In this document: piece after piece, positions 27,487 to 42,400 of the stretch
Numbering within the stretch: the stretch's first letter is position 1
How the letters are laid out: each line of letters opens with the position of its first letter
NCBI GenBank assembly: GCA_964016885.1
Contig: OZ024741.1
Location: 245,520,001 to 245,584,000, forward strand
DNA from: Eledone cirrhosa
Taxonomy: Eukaryota
Length of the DNA stretch: 64,000 nt
Reading direction: 5' to 3'
Notes under the pieces: generated by a model
The model's database searches: none
Seen by the model: the letters and a program-made list of their open reading frames with translations, nothing else
What the model was told of the DNA's origin: nothing
Made by a program: the position numbers and the translations under genes

Positions 27487-30400
27487 AATGGGTTTTTTAA
27501 ATGGATTTTTTAATGGATTTTTAATGGATTTTTAATGGATTTTTAATGGGTTTTTAATGGATTTTTTAAATGGATTTTTTTAATGGATTTTTTTAATGGG
27601 TTTTTTAAATGGATTTTTTTAATGGATTTTTAATGTATTTTTAATGGATTTTTAATGGGTTTTTAATGGATTTTTTAAATGGATTTTTTTAATGGATTTT
27701 TTTAATGGGTTTTTTTTAATGGGTTTTTTTAAATGGATTTTTTTTAATGGATTTTTTAAATGGATTTTTTAATGGCTTTTTTTAATGGGTTTTTTAAATG
27801 GATTTTTTAATGGATTTTTAATGGATTTTTAATGCATTTTTAATGGATTTTTAATGGATTTTTTAATGAGTTTTTTAAATGGATTTTTTTAATGGATTTT
27901 TAATGGATTTTTTTCTATGGATTTTTTTAATGGATTTTTTTTAATGGATTTTTTTTTTAATGGATTTTTTTTTAATGGGTTTTTTTAATGGCTTTTTTAA
28001 ATGGATTTTTTTAATGGATTTTTTTAATGGATTTTTTTAATGGATTTTTTTAATGGTTTTTTTAAATGGATTTTTTAATGGATTTTTAATGGATTTTTAA
28101 TGGATTTTTAATGGGTTTTTAATGGATTTTTTTAAATGGATTTTTTTAATGGATTTTTTAATGGATTTTTTTATGGATTTTTTTTAATGGTTTTTTTTAA
28201 TGGATTTTTTAAATGGATTTTTTTAATGGATTTTGTTAATGGTTTTTTTTAATGTTTTTTTTTAATGGATTTTTAAATGGATTTTTTTAATGGATTTTTT
28301 TTAATGGGTTTTTTAAATGGATTTTTTAATGGATTTTTAATGGATTTTTAATGGATTTTTAATGGGTTTTTAATGGATTTTTTTAAATGGATTTTTTTAA
28401 TGGATTTTTAATGGATTTTTTTTAATGGATTTTTTTTTTAATGGATTTTTTTTTAATGGATTTTTTTTTTAATGGATTTTTTTTAATGGGTTTTTTAAAT
28501 GGATTTTTTAATGGATTTTTAATGGATTTTTAATGGGTTTTTAATGGATTTTTTTAAATGGATTTTTTTAATGGATTTTTAATGGATTTTTTTAAATTGA
28601 TTTTTTTAATGGGTTTTTTTAATGGCTTTTTTTAAATGGGTTTTTTTAATGGCTTTTTTAAATGGATTTTTTTAATGGATTTTTTTAATGGATTTTTTTT
28701 AATGGGTTTTTTAAATGGATTTTTTAATGGATTTTTTTAAATGGATTTTTTTAATGGATTTTTAATGGATTTTTTTAAATTGATTTTTTTTAATGGATTT
28801 TTTTAATGGATTTTTTTTTTAATGGATTTTTTTAATGGGTTTTTTTAATGGCTTTTTTAAATGGATTTTTTAAATGGATTTTTTTAATGGATTTTTTTGA
28901 ATAGGTTTTTTAAATGGATTTTTAATGGATTTTTAATGGATTTTTAATGGGTTTTTAATGGATTTTTTTAATGGATTTTTAATGGATTTTTTAAATTGAT
29001 TTTTTTTAATGGGTTTTTTTAAATGGATTTTTTTTAATGGATTTTTTAATGGCTTTTTTTAATGGGTTTTTTAAATGGATTTTTTAATGGATTTTTAATG
29101 GATTTTTTTTTTTTAATGGATTTTTTTTAATGGGTTTTTTAATGGCTTTTTTAAATGGATTTTTTTAATGGATTTTTTTAATGGATTTTTTTAATGGATT
29201 TTTTTAATGGGTTTTTTAAATGGATTTTTTAATGGATTTTTAATGGATTTTTTAATGGATTTTTAATGGATTTTTAATGGGTTTTTAATGGATTTTTTAA
29301 TGGATTTTTTTAAATGAATTTTTTTAATGGATTTTTAATGGATTTTTTTTAATGGATTTTTTTAATGGATTTTTTAATGGATTTTTTTATGGATTTTTTT
29401 TAATGGATTTTTTTTAATGGATTTTTTAAATGGATTTTTTTAATGGATTTTTTTAATGGGTTTTTTTAATGGATTTCTTTTTAATGGATTTATTAAATGG
29501 ATTTTTTTAATGGATTTTTTTAATGGGTTTTTAAATGGATTTTTTAATGTATTTTTAATGGATTTTTAATGGATTTTTAATGGGTTTTTAATGGATTTTT
29601 TTAAATGGATTTTTTTAATGGATTTATAATGGATTTTTTTAATGGATTTTTTTTAATGGGTTTTTTTTAATGGATTTTTTTTTAATGGATTTTTTTTAAT
29701 GGGTTTTTTTTTTAATGGATTTTTTTAAATGGATTTTTTAAATGGATTTTTTTAATGGATTTTTTTAATGGGTTTTTTTAAATGGATTTTTTTAAATGGA
29801 TTTTTTTTAATGGATTTTTTAAATGAATTTTTTTAATGGATTTTTTTAATGGGTTTTTTAAATGGATTTTTTAATGGATTTTTAATGGATTTTTAATGGG
29901 TTTTTAATGGATTTTTTAATGGATTTTTTTAAATGGATTTTTTTAATGGATTTTTAATGGATTTTTTTTAATGGATTTTTTTAATGGATTTTTTAATGGA
30001 TTTTTTTATGGATTTTTTTTAATGGATTTTTTTTAATGGATTTTTTAAATGGATTTTTTTAATGGATTTTTTTAATGGGTTTTTTTTAATGGATTTTTTT
30101 TTAATGGATTTTTTAAATGGATTTTTTTAATGGATTTTTTTTAATGGGTTTTTTTAATGGATTTTTTAATGGATTTTTAATGGATTTTTAATGGATTTTT
30201 AATGGGTTTTTAATGGATTTTTTTAAATGGATTTTTTTAATGGATTTTTAATGGATTTTTTTAAATTGATTTTTTTTAATGGATTTTTTTTTTAATGGAT
30301 TTTTATTTAATGGATTTTTTTTAAATGGATTTTTTTTAATGGGTTTTTTAAATGGATTTTTTAATGGATTTTTAATGGATTTTTAATGGGTTTTTAATGG

Positions 30401-33400
30401 ATTTTTTAAATGGATTTTTTTAATGGATTTTTAATGGATTTTTTTAAATTGATTTTTTTAATGGGTTTTTTTTAATGGCTTTTTTTTAATGGGTTTTTTT
30501 AATGGCTTTTTTAAATGGATTTTTTTAATGGATTTTTTTAATGGATTTTTTTTAATGGGTTTTTTAAATGGATTTTTTAATGGATTTTTTTAAATGGATT
30601 TTTTTAATGGATTTTTAATGGATTTTTTTAAATTGATTTTTTTTAATGGATTTTTTTTAATGGATTTTTTTTTTAATGGATTTTTTTAATGGGTTTTTTA
30701 AATGGATTTTTTAATGGATTTTTAATGGATTTTTAATGGATTTTTAATGGGTTTTTAATGGATTTTTTAAATGGATTTTTTTAATGGATTTTTTTAATGG
30801 GTTTTTTAAATGGATTTTTTTAATGGATTTTTAATGTATTTTTAATGGATTTTTAATGGGTTTTTAATGGATTTTTTAAATGGATTTTTTTAATGGATTT
30901 TTTTAATGGGTTTTTTTTAATGGGTTTTTTTAAATGGATTTTTTTTAATGGATTTTTTAAATGGATTTTTTAATGGCTTTTTTTAATGGGTTTTTTAAAT
31001 GGATTTTTTAATGGATTTTTAATGGATTTTTAATGCATTTTTAATGGATTTTTAATGGATTTTTTAATGAGTTTTTTAAATGGATTTTTTTAATGGATTT
31101 TTAATGGATTTTTTTCTATGGATTTTTTTAATGGATTTTTTTTAATGGATTTTTTTTTTAATGGATTTTTTTTTAATGTGTTTTTTTAATGGCTTTTTTA
31201 AATGGATTTTTTTAATGGATTTTTTTAATGGATTTTTTTAATGGATTTTTTTAATGGTTTTTTTAAATGGATTTTTTAATGGATTTTTAATGGATTTTTA
31301 ATGGATTTTTAATGGGTTTTTAATGGATTTTTTTAAATGGATTTTTTTAATGGATTTTTAATGGATTTTTTTAATGGATTTTTTTAATGGTTTCTTTTAA
31401 TGGATTTTTTTTTAATGGTTTTTTTTTAATGGGTTTTTTTTTAATGGATTTTTTTTAATGGAATTTTTAAATGGATTTTTTTAATGGATTTTTTTTAATG
31501 GGTTTTTTTAAATGGATTTTTTTTAATGGATTTTTTAAATGAATTTTTTTAATGGATTTTTTTAATGGGTTTTTTAAATGGATTTTTTAATGGATTTTTA
31601 ATGGATTATTAATGGGTTTTTAATGGATTTTTTAATGGATTTTTTTAAATGAATTTTTTTAATGGATTTTTAATGGATTTTTTTAATGGATTTTTTTAAT
31701 GGATTTTTTAATGGATTTTTTTATGGATTTTTTTTAATGGATTTTTTTTAATGGATTTTTTAAATGGATTTTTTTAATGGATTTTTTTAATGGGTTTTTT
31801 TAATGGATTTCTTTTTAATGGATTTATTAAATGGATTTTTTTAATGGATTTTTTTAATGGGTTTTTTAAATGGATTTTTTAATGTATTTTTAATGGATTT
31901 TTAATGGATTTTTAATGGGTTTTTAATGGATTTTTTTAAATGGATTTTTTTAATGGATTTATAATGGATTTTTTTAATGGATTTTTTTTAATGGGTTTTT
32001 TTTAATGGATTTTTTTTTAATGGATTTTTTTTAATGGGTTTTTTTTTTAATGGATTTTTTTTAATGGATTTTTTAAATGGATTTTTTTAATGGATTTTTT
32101 TTAATGGGGTTTTTTAAATGGATTTTTTTAAATGGATTTTTTTTAATGGATTTTTTAAATGAATTTTTTTAATGGATTTTTTTAATGGGTTTTTTAAATT
32201 GATTTTTTAATGGATTTTTAATGGATTTTTAATGGGTTTTTAATGGATTTTTTAATGGATTTTTTAAATGGATTTTTTTAATGGATTTTTAATGGATTTT
32301 TTTTAATGGATTTTTTTACTGGATTTTTTAATGGATTTTTAATGGTTTTTTTTTAATGGATTTTTAAATGGATTTTTTTAATGGATTTTTTTTAATGGGT
32401 TTTTTAAATGGATTTTTTAATGGATTTTTAATGGATTTTTAATGGATTTTTAATGGGTTTTTAAAGGATTTTTTTTAATGGATTTTTTTAATGGATTTTT
32501 AATGGATTTTTTTTAATGGATTTTTTTTTTAATGGATTTTTTTTTAATGGATTTTTTTTTTAATGGATTTTTTTTAATGGGTTTTTTAAATGGATTTTTT
32601 AATGGATTTTTAATGGATTTTTAATGGGTTTTTAATGGATTTTTTTAAATGGATTTTTTTAATGGATTTTTAATGGATTTTTTTAAATTGATTTTTTTAA
32701 TGGGTTTTTTTAATGGCTTTTTTTTAATGGGTTTTTTTAATGGCTTTTTTAAATGGATTTTTTTAATGGATTTTTTTAATGGATTTTTTTTAATGGGTTT
32801 TTTAAATGGATTTTTTAATGGATTTTTTTAAATGGATTTTTTTAATGGATTTTTAATGGATTTTTTTAAATTGATTTTTTTTAATGGATTTTTTTTAATG
32901 GATTTTTTTTTTAATGGATTTTTTTAATGGGTTTTTTTAATGGCTTTTTTAAATGGATTTTTTAAATGGATTTTTTTAATGGATTTTTTTGAATGGGTTT
33001 TTTAAATGGATTTTTAATGGATTTTTAATGGATTTTTAATGGGTTTTTAATGGATTTTTTAAATGGATTTTTTTAATGGATTTTTAATGGATTTTTTAAA
33101 TTGATTTTTTTTAATGGGTTTTTTTAAATGGATTTTTTTTAATGGATTTTTTAAATGGATTTTTTAATGGCTTTTTTTAATGGGTTTTTTAAATGGATTT
33201 TTTAATGGATTTTTAATGGATTTTTAATGGATTTTTAATGGATTTTTTAATGACTTTTTTTAAATGGATTTTTTTAATGGATTTTTAATGGATTTTTTTT
33301 AATGGATTTTTTTTAATGGATTTTTTTTAATGGATTTTTTTTTTTAATGGATTTTTTTTAATGGGTTTTTTAATGGCTTTTTTAAATGGATTTTTTTAAT

Positions 33401-36400
33401 GGATTTTTTTAATGGATTTTTTTAATGGATTTTTTTAATGGGTTTTTTAAATGGATTTTTTAATGGATTTTTAATGGATTTTTAATGGGTTTTTAATGGA
33501 TTTTTTAATGGATTTTTTTAAATGAATTTTTTTAATGGATTTTTAATGGATTTTTTTTAATGGATTTTTTTAATGGATTTTTTAATGAATTTTTTTATGG
33601 ATTTTTTTTAATGGATTTTTTTTAATGGATTTTTTAAATGGATTTTTTTAATGGATTTTTTTAATGGGTTTTTAAATGGATTTTTTAATGTATTTTTAAT
33701 GGATTTTTAATGGATTTTTAATGGGTTTTTAATGGATTTTTTTAAATGGATTTTTTTAATGGATTTATAATGGATTTTTTTAATGGATTTTTTTTAATGG
33801 GTTTTTTTTAATGGATTTTTTTTTAATGGATTTTTTTTAATGGGTTTTTTTTTTAATGGATTTTTTTAAATGGATTTTTTAAATGGATTTTTTTAATGGA
33901 TTTTTTTAATGGGTTTTTTTAAATGGATTTTTTTAAATGGATTTTTTTTAATGGATTTTTTAAATGAATTTTTTTAATGGATTTTTTTAATGGGTTTTTT
34001 AAATGGATTTTTTAATGGATTTTTAATGGATTTTTAATGGGTTTTTAATGGATTTTTTAATGGATTTTTTAAATGGATTTTTTTAATGGATTTTTAATGG
34101 ATTTTTTTTAATGGATTTTTTTAATGGATTTTTTAATGGATTTTTTTATGGATTTTTTTTAATGGATTTTTTTTAATGGATTTTTTAAATGGATTTTTTT
34201 AATGGATTTTTTTAATGGGTTTTTTTTAATGGATTTTTTTTTAATGGATTTTTTAAATGGATTTTTTTAATGGATTTTTTTTAATGGGTTTTTTAAATGG
34301 ATTTTTTAATGGATTTTTAATGGATTTTTAATGGATTTTTAATGGGTTTTTAATGGATTTTTTTAAATGGATTTTTTTAATGGATTTTTAATGGATTTTT
34401 TTAAATTGATTTTTTTTAATGGATTTTTTTTTTAATGGATTTTTATTTAATGGATTTTTTTTAAATGGATTTTTTTTAATGGGTTTTTTAAATGGATTTT
34501 TTAATGGATTTTTAATGGATTTTTAATGGGTTTTTAATGGATTTTTTTAAATGGATTTTTTTAATGGATTTTTAATGGATTTTTTTAAATTGATTTTTTT
34601 AATGGGTTTTTTTTAATGGCTTTTTTTTAATGGGTTTTTTTAATGGCTTTTTTAAATGGATTTTTTTAATGGATTTTTTTAATGGATTTTTTTTAATGGG
34701 TTTTTTAAATGGATTTTTTAATGGATTTTTTTAAATGGATTTTTTTAATGGATTTTTAATGGATTTTTTTAAATTGATTTTTTTTAATGGATTTTTTTGA
34801 ATGGATTTTTTTTTTAATGGATTTTTTTAATGGGTTTTTTAAATGGATTTTTTAATGGATTTTTAATGGATTTTTAATGGGTTTTTAATGGATTTTTTAA
34901 ATGGATTTTTTTAATGGATTTTTTTTAATGGGTTTTTTAAATGGATTTTTTTAATGGATTTTTAATGTATTTTTAATGGATTTTTAATGTGTTTTTAATG
35001 GATTTTTTAAATGGATTTTTTTAATGGATTTTTTTAATGGGTTTTTTTTAATGGGTTTTTTTAAATGGATTTTTTTTAATGGATTTTTTAAATGGATTTT
35101 TTAATGGCTTTTTTTAATGGGTTTTTTAAATGGATTTTTTAATGGATTTTTAATGGATTTTTAATGCATTTTTAATGGATTTTTAATGGATTTTTTAATG
35201 AGTTTTTTAAATGGATTTTTTTAATGGATTTTTAATGGATTTTTTTCTATGGATTTTTTTAATGGATTTTTTAAATGGATTTTTTTAATGGATTTTTTTT
35301 AATGGGTTTTTTAAATGGATTTTTTAATGGATTTTTAATGGATTTTTAATGGATTTTTAATGTGTTTTTAATGGATTTTTTTAATGGATTTTTAATGGAT
35401 TTTTTTAAATTGATTTTTTTTAATGGATTTTTTTTTAATGGATTTTTTTTTAATGGATTTTTTTTAATGGATTTTTTTTAATGGGTTTTTTAAATGGATT
35501 TTTTAAATGGATTTTTTTAATGGATTTTTTTTAATGGGTTTTTTAAATGGATTTTTTAATGGATTTTTTTAAATGGATTTTTTTAATGGATTTTTAATGG
35601 ATTTTTTTAAATTGATTTTTTTTAATGGATTTTTTTTAATGGATTTTTTTTTTAATGGATTTTTTTAATGGGTTTTTTTAATGGCTTTTTTAAATGGATT
35701 TTTTTAATGGATTTTTTTAATGGATTTTTTTTAATGGGTTTTTTAAATGGATTTTTTAATGGATTTTTAATGGATTTTTAATGGGTTTTTAATGGATTTT
35801 TTAAATGGATTTTTTTAATGGATTTTTTTTAATGGGTTTTTTAAATGGATTTTTTTAATGGATTTTTAATGGATTTTTAATGGATTTTTAATGGGTTTTT
35901 AATGGATTTTTTAAATGGATTTTTTTAATGGATTTTTTATGGATTTTTTAAATTGATTTTTTTTAATGGATTTTTTTTAATGGATTTTTTTTAATGGATT
36001 TTTTTTTTTAATGGATTTTTTTTTAATGGGTTTTTTTAATGGCTTTTTTAAATGGATTTTTTTAATGGATTTTTTTAATGGGTTTTTTAAATGGATTTTT
36101 TAATGGATTTTTAATGGATTTTTAATGGATTTTTAATGGGTTTTTAATGGATTTTTTAAATGGATTTTTTAATGGATTTTTAATGGATTTTTTTAATGGA
36201 TTTTTTTTGGGTTTTTTTAAATGGATTTTTTTTTAATGGATTTTTTTTAATGGGTTTTTTTTAATGGATTTTTTTAATGGATTTTTTAAATGGATTTTTT
36301 TAATGGATTTTTTTTAATGGGTTTTTTTAAATGGATTTTTTTTAATGGATTTTTTAAATGAATTTTTTTAATGGATTTTTTTAATGGGTTTTTTAAATGG

Positions 36401-39400
36401 ATTTTTTAATGGATTTTTAATGGATTTTTAATGGGTTTTTAATGGATTTTTTAATGGATTTTTTTAAATGGATTTTTTTAATGGATTTTTAATGGATTTT
36501 TTTTAATGGATTTTTTTAATGGATTTTTTAATGGATTTTTTAATGGATTTTTTTTAATGGATTTTTTTAATGGATTTTTTAAATGGATTTTTTAATGGAT
36601 TTTTTTAATGGGTTTTTTTTAATGGATTTTTTTTAATGGATTTTTTAAATGGATTTTTTTAATGGATTTTTTTAATGGGTTTTTTAAATGGATTTTTTAA
36701 TGGATTTTTAATGGATATTTAATGGATTTTTAATGGGTTTTTAATGGATTTTTTTAAATGGATTTTTTTAATGGATTTTTAATGGATTTTTTTAAATTGA
36801 TTTTTTTTAATGGATTTTTTTTTAATGGATTTTTTTTTAATGGATTTTTTTTTAATGGATTTTTTTTAATGGGTTTTTTAAATGGATTTTTTTAATGGAT
36901 TTTTTTAATGGGTTTTTTTTAATGGGTTTTTTTAAATGGATTTTTTTTAATGGATTTTTTAAATGGATTTTTTAATGGCTTTTTTTAATGGGTTTTTTTA
37001 AATGGATTTTTTAATGGATTTTTAATGGATTTTTAATGCATTTTTAATGGATTTTTAATGGATTTTTTAATGAGTTTTTTAAATGGATTTTTTTAATGGA
37101 TTTTTAATGGATTTTTTTAATGGGTTTTTTTAATGGATTTCTTTTTAATGGATTTATTAAATGGATTTTTTTAATGGATTTTTTTAATGGGTTTTTAAAT
37201 GGATTTTTTAATGTATTTTTAATGGATTTTTAATGGATTTTTAATGGGTTTTTAATGGATTTTTTTAAATGGATTTTTTTAATGGATTTATAATGGATTT
37301 TTTTAATGGATTTTTTTTAATGGGTTTTTTTAATGGATTTTTTTTTAATGGATTTTTTTTAATGGGTTTTTTTTTTAATGGATTTTTTTAAATGGATTTT
37401 TTAAATGGATTTTTTTAATGGATTTTTTTAATGGGTTTTTTTAAATGGATTTTTTTAAATGGATTTTTTTTAATGGATTTTTTAAATGAATTTTTTTAAT
37501 GGATTTTTTTAATGGGTTTTTTAAATGGATTTTTTAATGGATTTTTAATGGATTTTTAATGGGTTTTTAATGGATTTTTTAATGGATTTTTTTAAATGGA
37601 TTTTTTTAATGGATTTTTAATGGATTTTTTTTAATGGATTTTTTTAATGGATTTTTTAATGGATTTTTTTATGGATTTTTTTTAATGGATTTTTTTTAAT
37701 GGATTTTTTAAATGGATTTTTTTAATGGATTTTTTTAATGGGTTTTTTTAATGGATTTTTTTTTAATGGATTTTTTAAATGGATTTTTTTAATGGATTTT
37801 TTTTAATGGGTTTTTTAAATGGATTTTTTAATGGATTTTTAATGGATTTTTAATGGATTTTTAATGGGTTTTTAATGGATTTTTTTAAATGGATTTTTTT
37901 AATGGATTTTTAATGGATTTTTTTAAATTGATTTTTTTTAATGGATTTTTTTTTTAATGGATTTTTATTTAATGGATTTTTTTTAAATGGATTTTTTTTA
38001 ATGGGTTTTTTAAATGGATTTTTTAATGGATTTTTAATGGATTTTTAATGGGTTTTTAATGGATATTTTTAAATGGATTTTTTTAATGGATTTTTAATGG
38101 ATTTTTTTAAATTGATTTTTTTAATGGGTTTTTTTTAATGGCTTTTTTTTAATGGGTTTTTTTAATGGCTTTTTTAAATGGATTTTTTTAATGGATTTTT
38201 TTAATGGATTTTTTTTAATGGGTTTTTTAAATGGATTTTTTAATGGATTTTTTTACATGGATTTTTTTAATGGATTTTTAATGGATTTTTTTAAATTGAT
38301 TTTTTTTAATGGATTTTTTTGAATGGATTTTTTTTTTAATGGATTTTTTTAATGGGTTTTTTAAATGGATTTTTTAATGGATTTTTAATGGATTTTTAAT
38401 GGGTTTTTAATGGATTTTTTAAATGGATTTTTTTAATGGATTTTTTTTAATGGGTTTTTTAAATGGATTTTTTTAATGGATTTTTAATGTATTTTTAATG
38501 GATTTTTAATGGGTTTTTAATGGATTTTTTAAATGGATTTTTTTAATGGATTTTTTTAATGGGTTTTTTTTAATGGGTTTTTTTAAATGGATTTTTTTTA
38601 ATGGATTTTTTAAATGGATTTTTTAATGGCTTTTTTTAATGGGTTTTTTTAATGGATTTTTTAATGGATTTTTAATGGATTTTTAATGCATTTTTAATGG
38701 ATTTTTAATGGATTTTTTAATGAGTTTTTTAAATGGATTTTTTTAATGGATTTTTTTCTATGGATTTTTTAATGGATTTTTTTTAATGGATTTTTTTTTT
38801 TATGGATTTTTTTTTAATGGGTTTTTTTAATGGCTTTTTTAAATGGATTTTTAATGGATTTTTAATGGCTTTTTAATGGGTTTTTAATGGATTTTTTTAA
38901 ATGGATTTTTTTAATGGATTTTTAATGGATTTTTTTAAATTGATTTTTTTTAATGGATTTTTTTTTAATGGATTTTTTTTTAATGGATTTTTTTTTAATG
39001 GATTTTTTTTAATGGGTTTTTTAAATGGATTTTATAAATGGATTTTTTTAATGGATTTTTTTTAATGGGTTTTTTAAATGGATTTTTTAATGGATTTTTT
39101 TAAATGGATTTTTTTAATGGATTTTTAATGGATTTTTTTAAATTGATTTTTTTTAATGGATTTTTTTTAATGGATTTTTTTTTTAATGGATTTTTTTAAT
39201 GGGTTTTTTTAATGGCTTTTTTAAATGGATTTTTTTAATGGATTTTTTTAATGGATTTTTTTTAATGGGTTTTTTAAATGGATTTTTTAATGGATTTTTA
39301 ATGGATTTTTAATGGATTTTTAATGGGTTTTTAATGGATTTTTTAAATGGATTTTTTTAATGGATTTTTTTAATGGGTTTTTTAAATGGATTTTTTTAAT

Positions 39401-42400
39401 GGATTTTTAATGGATTTTTAATGGATTTTAATGGGTTTTTAATGGATTTTTTATGGATTTTTTAAATTGATTTTTTTTAATGGATTTTTTTAATGGATTT
39501 TTTTTAATGGATTTTTTTTTTTAATGGATTTTTTTTTAATGGGTTTTTTAATGGCTTTTTTAAATGGATTTTTTTAATGGATTTTTTTAATGGATTTTTT
39601 TAATGGATTTTTTTTTAATGGTTTTTTTAATGGCTTTTTTAAATGGATTTTTTTAATGGATTTTTTTTAATGGGTTTTTTTTTAATGGATTTTTTTTAAT
39701 GGATTTTTTAAATGGATTTTTTTAATGAATTTTTTTTAATGGGTTTTTTTAAATGGATTTTTTTTAATGGATTTTTTAAATGAATTTTTTTAATGGATTT
39801 TTTTAATGGGTTTTTTAAATGGATTTTTTAATGGATTTTTAATGGATTTTTAATGGGTTTTTAATGGATTTTTTAATGGATTTTTTTAAATGGATTTTTT
39901 TAATGGATTTTTAATGGATTTTTTTTAAAGGATTTTTTTAATGGATTTTTTAATGGATTTTTTAATGGATTTTTTTTAATGGATTTTTTTAATGGATTTT
40001 TTAAATGAATTTTTTTAATGGATTTTTTTAATGTGTTTTTTTTAATGGATTTTTTTTTAATGGATTTGGATTTTTTTAATGGATTTTTTTTAATGGGTTT
40101 TTTAAATGGATTTTTTAATGGATTTTTAATGGATTTTTAATGGATTTTTAATGGGTTTTTAATGGATTTTTTTAAATGGATTTTTTTAATGGATTTTTAA
40201 TGGATTTTTTTAAATTGATTTTTTTTAATGGATTTTTTTTTTAATGGATTTTTTTTTAATGGATTTTTTTTTAATGGATTTTTTTTAATGGGTTTTTTAA
40301 ATGGATTTTATAATGGATTTTTAATGGATTTTTAATGGGTTTTTAATGGATTTTTTAAATGGATTTTTTTAAATTGATTTTTTTAATGGGTTTTTTTAAT
40401 GGCTTTTTTTTAATGGGTTTTTTTAATGGCTTTTTTAAATGGATTTTTTTAATGGATTTTTTAATGGATTTTTTTAATGGGTTTTTTAAATGGATTTTTT
40501 AATGGATTTTTTTAAATGGATTTTTTTAATGGATTTTTAATGGATTTTTTTAAATTGATTTTTTTTAATGGATTTTTTTTAATGGATTTTTTTTTTAATG
40601 GATTTTTTTAATGGGTTTTTTTAATGGCTTTTTTAAATGGATTTTTTTAATGGTTTTTTTTTAATGGGTTTTTAATTGATTTTTAATGGATTTTTAATGG
40701 GTTTTTAATGGATTTTTGAAATGGATTTTTTAATGGATTTTTTTTAATGGGTTTTTTAAATGGATTTTTTTAATGGATTTTTAATGGATTTTTAATGGAT
40801 TTTTTAATGACTTTTTTTAAATGGATTTTTTTAATGGATTTTTAATGGATTTTTTTTAATGGATTTTTTTCAATGGATTTTTTTTAATGGATTTTTTTTT
40901 TTTAATGGATTTTTTTTAATGGGTTTTTTTAATGGCTTTTTTTAATGGATTTTTTTAATGGATTTTTTTAATGGATTTTTTTAATGGGTTTTTTAAATGG
41001 ATTTTTTAATGGATTTTTAATGGATTTTTAATGGATTTTTAATGGGTTTTTAATGGATTTTTTTAAATAGATTTTTTTAATGGATTTTTAATGGATTTTT
41101 TTAATGGATTTTTTTAATGGGTTTTTTTAATGGATTTTTTTTTAATGGATTTTTTTTAATGGGTTTTTTTTTAATGGATTTTTTTTAATGGATTTTTTAA
41201 ATGGATTTTTTTAATGGATTTTTTTTAATGGGTTTTTTTAAATGGATTTTTTTTAATGGATTTTTTAAATGAATTTTTTTAATGGATTTTTTTAATGGGT
41301 TTTTTAAATGGATTTTTTAATGGATTTTTAATGGATTTTTAATGGATTTTTAATGGATTTTTTAATGGATTTTTTTAAATGGATTTTTTTAATGGATTTT
41401 TAATGCATTTTTTTTAATGGATTTTTTTAATGGATTTTTTTTTAATGGATTTTTTTTTAATGGATTTTTTTTTAATGAATTTTTTTTAATGGGTTTTTTA
41501 AATGGATTTTTTAATAGATTTTTAATGGATTTTTAATGGGTTTTTAATGGATTTTTTAATGGATTTTTTTAAATGGATTTTTTTAATGGATTTTTAATGG
41601 ATTTTTTTTAATGGATTTTTTTAATGGATTTTTTAATGGATTTTTTAATGGATTTTTTTAAATGGATTTTTTTAATGGATTTTTTAAATGGATTTTTTTA
41701 ATGGATTTTTTTAATGGTTTTTTTTTAATGGATTTTTTTTTTATGGATTTTTTAAATGGATTTTTGTAATGGATTTTTTTTAATGGGTTTTTTAAATGGA
41801 TTTTTTAATGGATTTTTAATGGATTTTTAATGGATTTTTAATGGATTTTTAATGGATTTTTAATGGGTTTTTAATGGATTTTTTTAAATGGATTTTTTTA
41901 ATGGATTTTTAATGGATTTTTTTAATGGATTTTTTTAATGGGTTTTTTTAATGGATTTTTTTTTAATGGATTTTTTTTAATGGGTTTTTTTTAATGGATT
42001 TTTTTTAATGGATTTTTTAAATGGATTTTTTTAATGGATTTTTTTTAATGGATTTTTTTTAATGGATTTTTTAAATGAATTTTTTTAATGGATTTTTTTA
42101 ATGGGTTTTTTAAATGGATTTTTTAATGGATTTTTAATGGATTTTTAATGGATTTTTAATGGATTTTTTAATGGATTTTTTTAAATGGATTTTTTTAATG
42201 GATTTTTAATGCATTTTTTTTAATGGATTTTTTTAATGGATTTTTTTTTTAATGGATTTTTTTTAATGGATTTTTTTTTAATGAATTTTTTTTAATGGGT
42301 TGTTTAAATGGATTTTTTAATGGATTTTTAATGGATTTTTAATGGGTTTTTAATGGATTTTTTAATGGATTTTTTTAAATGGATTTTTTTAATGGATTTT

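Noticed and set aside
32649-32831. Second identical 60-aa ORF
   Set aside because: It is the same sequence carried by the 18.8-kb duplication (+18802). Identity reflects recent duplication, not selection on a protein.
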